From Antedon mediterranea (taxonomy: Eukaryota; Animalia; Echinodermata), in the NCBI RefSeq assembly GCF_964355755.1, contig NC_092679.1:21125432-21189431 (forward strand): 64,000 bases of DNA, read 5' to 3'. Below are positions 60,695 to 64,000 of this stretch, piece by piece. The notes beneath the pieces are model-generated. The model had not been told where the DNA came from. It ran no database searches and was given only the letters and a program-made list of their open reading frames with translations. Both the position numbers and the translations under genes were made by a program. Position 1 is the stretch's first letter. Each line of letters begins with the position of its first letter.

Positions 60695-63061
60695 GTATAC
60701 GTTCAAATATCATGTTTTTAATTGGCTTCTTAATTCATTTAATCTCTTACTGATTACCTCCGTGGATAGCCACATCGCCTCATAGATTACTAGGTTACAT
60801 GTACATTTTTGTTTTTCCGTGAGAATTTACCGTTACATTCAATCTGGCGTGACAAGGTTTTATATTATACTTTTCCATTCTTTAAAGTATTAAGTAAATT
60901 CAATAACCTCTCTACTTCTATTGTTGAATAAGGTCATTGGAAACTTATTTGAACTGTATTTGTTCATCGATGTATTGTTAAAACTAAAGTATAACGCATA
61001 CTTATGCATAGACAATGGTGTGATATAGGACGGACGACTAAATAACATGTTTTTACCCCATGTACTGTTAACTATATTTGAACATGAACGGTCACGTGTG
61101 CTATTTTTCTTGTGATGAAATTCCGAGCTCTTCTCCATTAGACACCATTTACAAATGTTGTTATACAGTATACCAAACGCCATTATTCTATTTTTGTACA
61201 ATATGCTGCGCTTACCACCAGACCCTACTCAAACTTGTGGTTTGAACAGAGCCTAAGCCTTGTCTACACTATCAAACATTATTTGACAAAAACATTTGAT
61301 GTGCCTATATATAGACATGATGTCACTACTTCTGGGTTGACCAACTAGCATAGGTGTTTAGCACCTGTTTGGTCTTTCCGTGCCTCCTTTTATGTATATG
61401 GCAGAAATTGAATAAATAAATATTTAGGCACATCACACTTTGTTTGTCAAACTAGTTTGATAGTGTAGGCAGAGCTTTAGCCCTTTGCGAGGAACCTTAG
61501 ATAGATAGGATTTGTAACCTTTATTATAGAAAAAATTATTACGGTGGATCTTTGAATTATTTATTTAATATAAAATTAAACGTAAATTTAATAATGTTTA
61601 TAGTAAATTTGAACCAAGGTTCTGAAGTGTATGGCGAATTTTGGTTTAATTATTTAGATAGAACAAATATGCACAGTACTTTCCAATTAGTATTCGTTTG
61701 TAGTCATGTACCGATTTGTTTATCCTATGATAAAATACTAGTAACTGTAACTGAATCACAATTGGACTTTGTTACGGCTTGATTAACAACGTACAACAAA
61801 GCTGACCATTTCTGTCAAACCAGGCAAGAGTGAACTTACAATAATATCACTCTTCCCTGTTTAATCAGGATTATTTAGGTTAAGTTGGATTGATTTGAGT
61901 ATATACACTTATATATCTATCTCTTCCTTTATTATTTCCCTTCCTCTTATTTCCCCTTTCTTTTCCTCTTATATTCTTCCTTTTTTTCTCTTTTGTGGCT
62001 TGAACCACCACTTGTATTCATTCATTCATTATGATTAATACATTTAATCAGTACCGTAATATTTAGTGTTAGTTGTTGTAAATCTACAATCTGCACACCA
62101 ATATTATTCAATATAATCCTCATTTTTTTCTCGTAATGTTCGTATAACTAACCTTTTTATCCATATTTAATAGTTCAATACAATATTAAAAATAACCATA
62201 CGTATATAAAAAAGATTTTAAAAATCTTAATTTATAGCATGATTTCCTTCTTATATTTCCCCTTCTTATTTTCCCCTCCTTTTATTTTTCCTTCATCTTA
62301 TTTTCCTTTCATCTTATTTCCCGTCTCTTATCATCTTCCCTTCCTCATAATGGTTTTCTCATTTATTTATTTTCATAAGGAGAAAAAGGGGGAATTTTAC
62401 TATGCGGATATGGATCTAGGCCCCAAAACAGAACAATAAGTGATATTAACCTTTCCATTGTATTACAGTATTTAAACCGTTAAGCTCATAGACCATTGAC
62501 ACTCTACATAGATAGCTTACCGTATTAATCCCCATCTATTGATGGCAATTATATAGTGTACAGTATGCCGAATTAATTATAATATTTTAGACTTCTAGAT
62601 ATAAGCATGAGAAATCAACCGAATTCGTCGAGAATTACGAACGCATGAAGCATGATATAAATTGCGTTTATCATCAGCTAATGTTGCCACAGTGTAGCCT
62701 ACTTGCCTACATTACTGTTGTTGCGTAACACATTAAATTACATTACTATAATGTCATTCCAGTTGTAATTAGGCCTCCAAGACTAATTAGTACATTTCTT
62801 ATTCTGAGCTGCTTAAAGGGGTTGAATTATATTATATTTTCTGTGATCACTAATGCATGGTAATATCTCCGATCGCCGTTAATTTGAATCTCAGGATCTC
62901 GTACGATCGACTACGTATGACCGCGCGTCCCTCGCAATCACACGCGAGTACCAAAAACCCGAAACTATTAATTTATATAGATAAAACAAGAACAACTTAC
63001 CGAAATTTAACAGGCTTTGAAAATACAAGAGGGAGAAATATAAAGCGACTATTACAGCCAT
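56070..63061 (-). CDS. Shisa-like (STMC6/WBP1-VOPP1-type) single-pass membrane protein, about 663 aa, with a Q-rich cytoplasmic tail
   Basis: Minus-strand exons 63061-63001 (signal peptide MAVIVALYFSLLYFQSLLNF), 59612-59465 (CGATC...YCP...YCCG...QCCSY), 58235-58015 (TM GAIAGIVIGCIVACLLLGMLAYFL plus basic stop-transfer) and 57631-56070. Phases 1, 2, 1 are consistent. The protein ends LRCTSL. Confidence 0.8.
60511..60551 (+). ncRNA. Minimal type I hammerhead ribozyme motif (Penelope-like element type)
   Basis: TTTCAC-CTGATGA-T-GGGC-TAT-GCCC-GAAAC-AT-GTC-GTTAAA: full catalytic core, 4-bp stem II, palindromic ACATGT stem III and a GUC cleavage triplet. Confidence 0.75.
60628..60693. repeat. (TA)n microsatellite
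   Basis: About 33 TA units. Confidence 0.95.
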
Positions 63062-64000
63062 GTTTGCACTGATGCTTCTATAATATTGGTCGTCTATTGT
63101 TGCAGTGAACTTTGACCTCTGTAGCGACAAGCAACCGTGAAATATTATGCATACAAATCCATAGTCAATAGTCGTTGTTTTCAAGCATAACAATAGCGAA
63201 CTGATCGACGCTCTATTCTCTTTAATAATCAACCCGGTTTTCGTGAATGAGTGTGTGAATCACTTTAATAGCGTATGATCGGGTGGGCAAGCCCAAAGCG
63301 GGGCTTGCCTTTCACATCTGTTGTTTATAGGCTACGTAATGCATCAAAACGTTTCGTTTACTGCGCAGCTACACTGTGTTCATAACAACGATTTCAATAC
63401 ATAAATTTATCTCAGCATGTAATAAATATCATGTAACAACCACTGCACTATTATTGGCTGGTTCAGTAATCCCGCAGGTGCAATGTACGCTGTATATCCT
63501 CAGCATTTATTGCCTTTATAATAATTGCATAACATTGTCGCGCCTGTAATAAAATAATACGGTACGCAAAAATATATACATAATAAACGATTATAATTAA
63601 TTGTATATAATATATTTGCATTTTGTTTTGTCGGCATTTTTTAGTTACAGCTATTTTTTCAAAAACTTCAGATACCTTAGAATTATTGTTATAAAAAATT
63701 GTTAAAAAAACAACCATGCATGATTCTCAACAAGTAACAATGCGCCAATGAAATTGCATCTTTGTCATAAAAAAAAACATCATAGATAATATTATGAGGC
63801 TCACGCCCTCTGTTAATCATTACTATATTTAGTACACAGCGGTCATGCGCATTCAGGTTTAATAATTTACCCGGTTAAGTTGGTTATCTACCTAAAGTAA
63901 GCGATAATTTGGTCCATGGGGTTATACCTCCATGTTCGGCCCATGACTTTACTCTTAGCGAGTAAACTATCTAAGGTTGAACAATATTCATCATCATTGT

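Overview
AT-rich, intron-rich animal genomic DNA, probably an invertebrate deuterostome such as an echinoderm (inference only). Genes were rebuilt by hand from splice sites and intron phases. They are: (1) a fatty-acid-binding protein with an intronless CDS (502-894, +); (2) PHF10/BAF45a with 12 coding exons and a long acidic, repeat-containing N-terminus (1543-9437, +); (3) three SLC17 (sialin-like) MFS transporter paralogs, namely intact A (11263-18123, +), intact B (32381-20712, -) and pseudogene C (44665-54492, +; no exon 1, frameshifts, truncated exon 8); (4) a Shisa-like single-pass membrane protein with a long Q-rich tail and a C-terminal PDZ-type motif (63061-56070, -). Non-coding space is dense with repeats. 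These include nested Helentron/HINE-like elements carrying a tRNA-derived segment inside a 56-bp satellite, a Mutator-like element with 9-bp TSD inside concentric inverted repeats, a solo LTR with 4-bp TSD, LINE fragments, SINEs, several MITE families, a self-nested foldback and a minimal Penelope-type hammerhead ribozyme. Paralog comparisons reveal repeated TA-to-TAGGCCTA/TACAGTA micro-insertions resembling transposon excision footprints, a probable gene-conversion tract and a possible inversion. No prokaryotic-type system such as CRISPR is supported.
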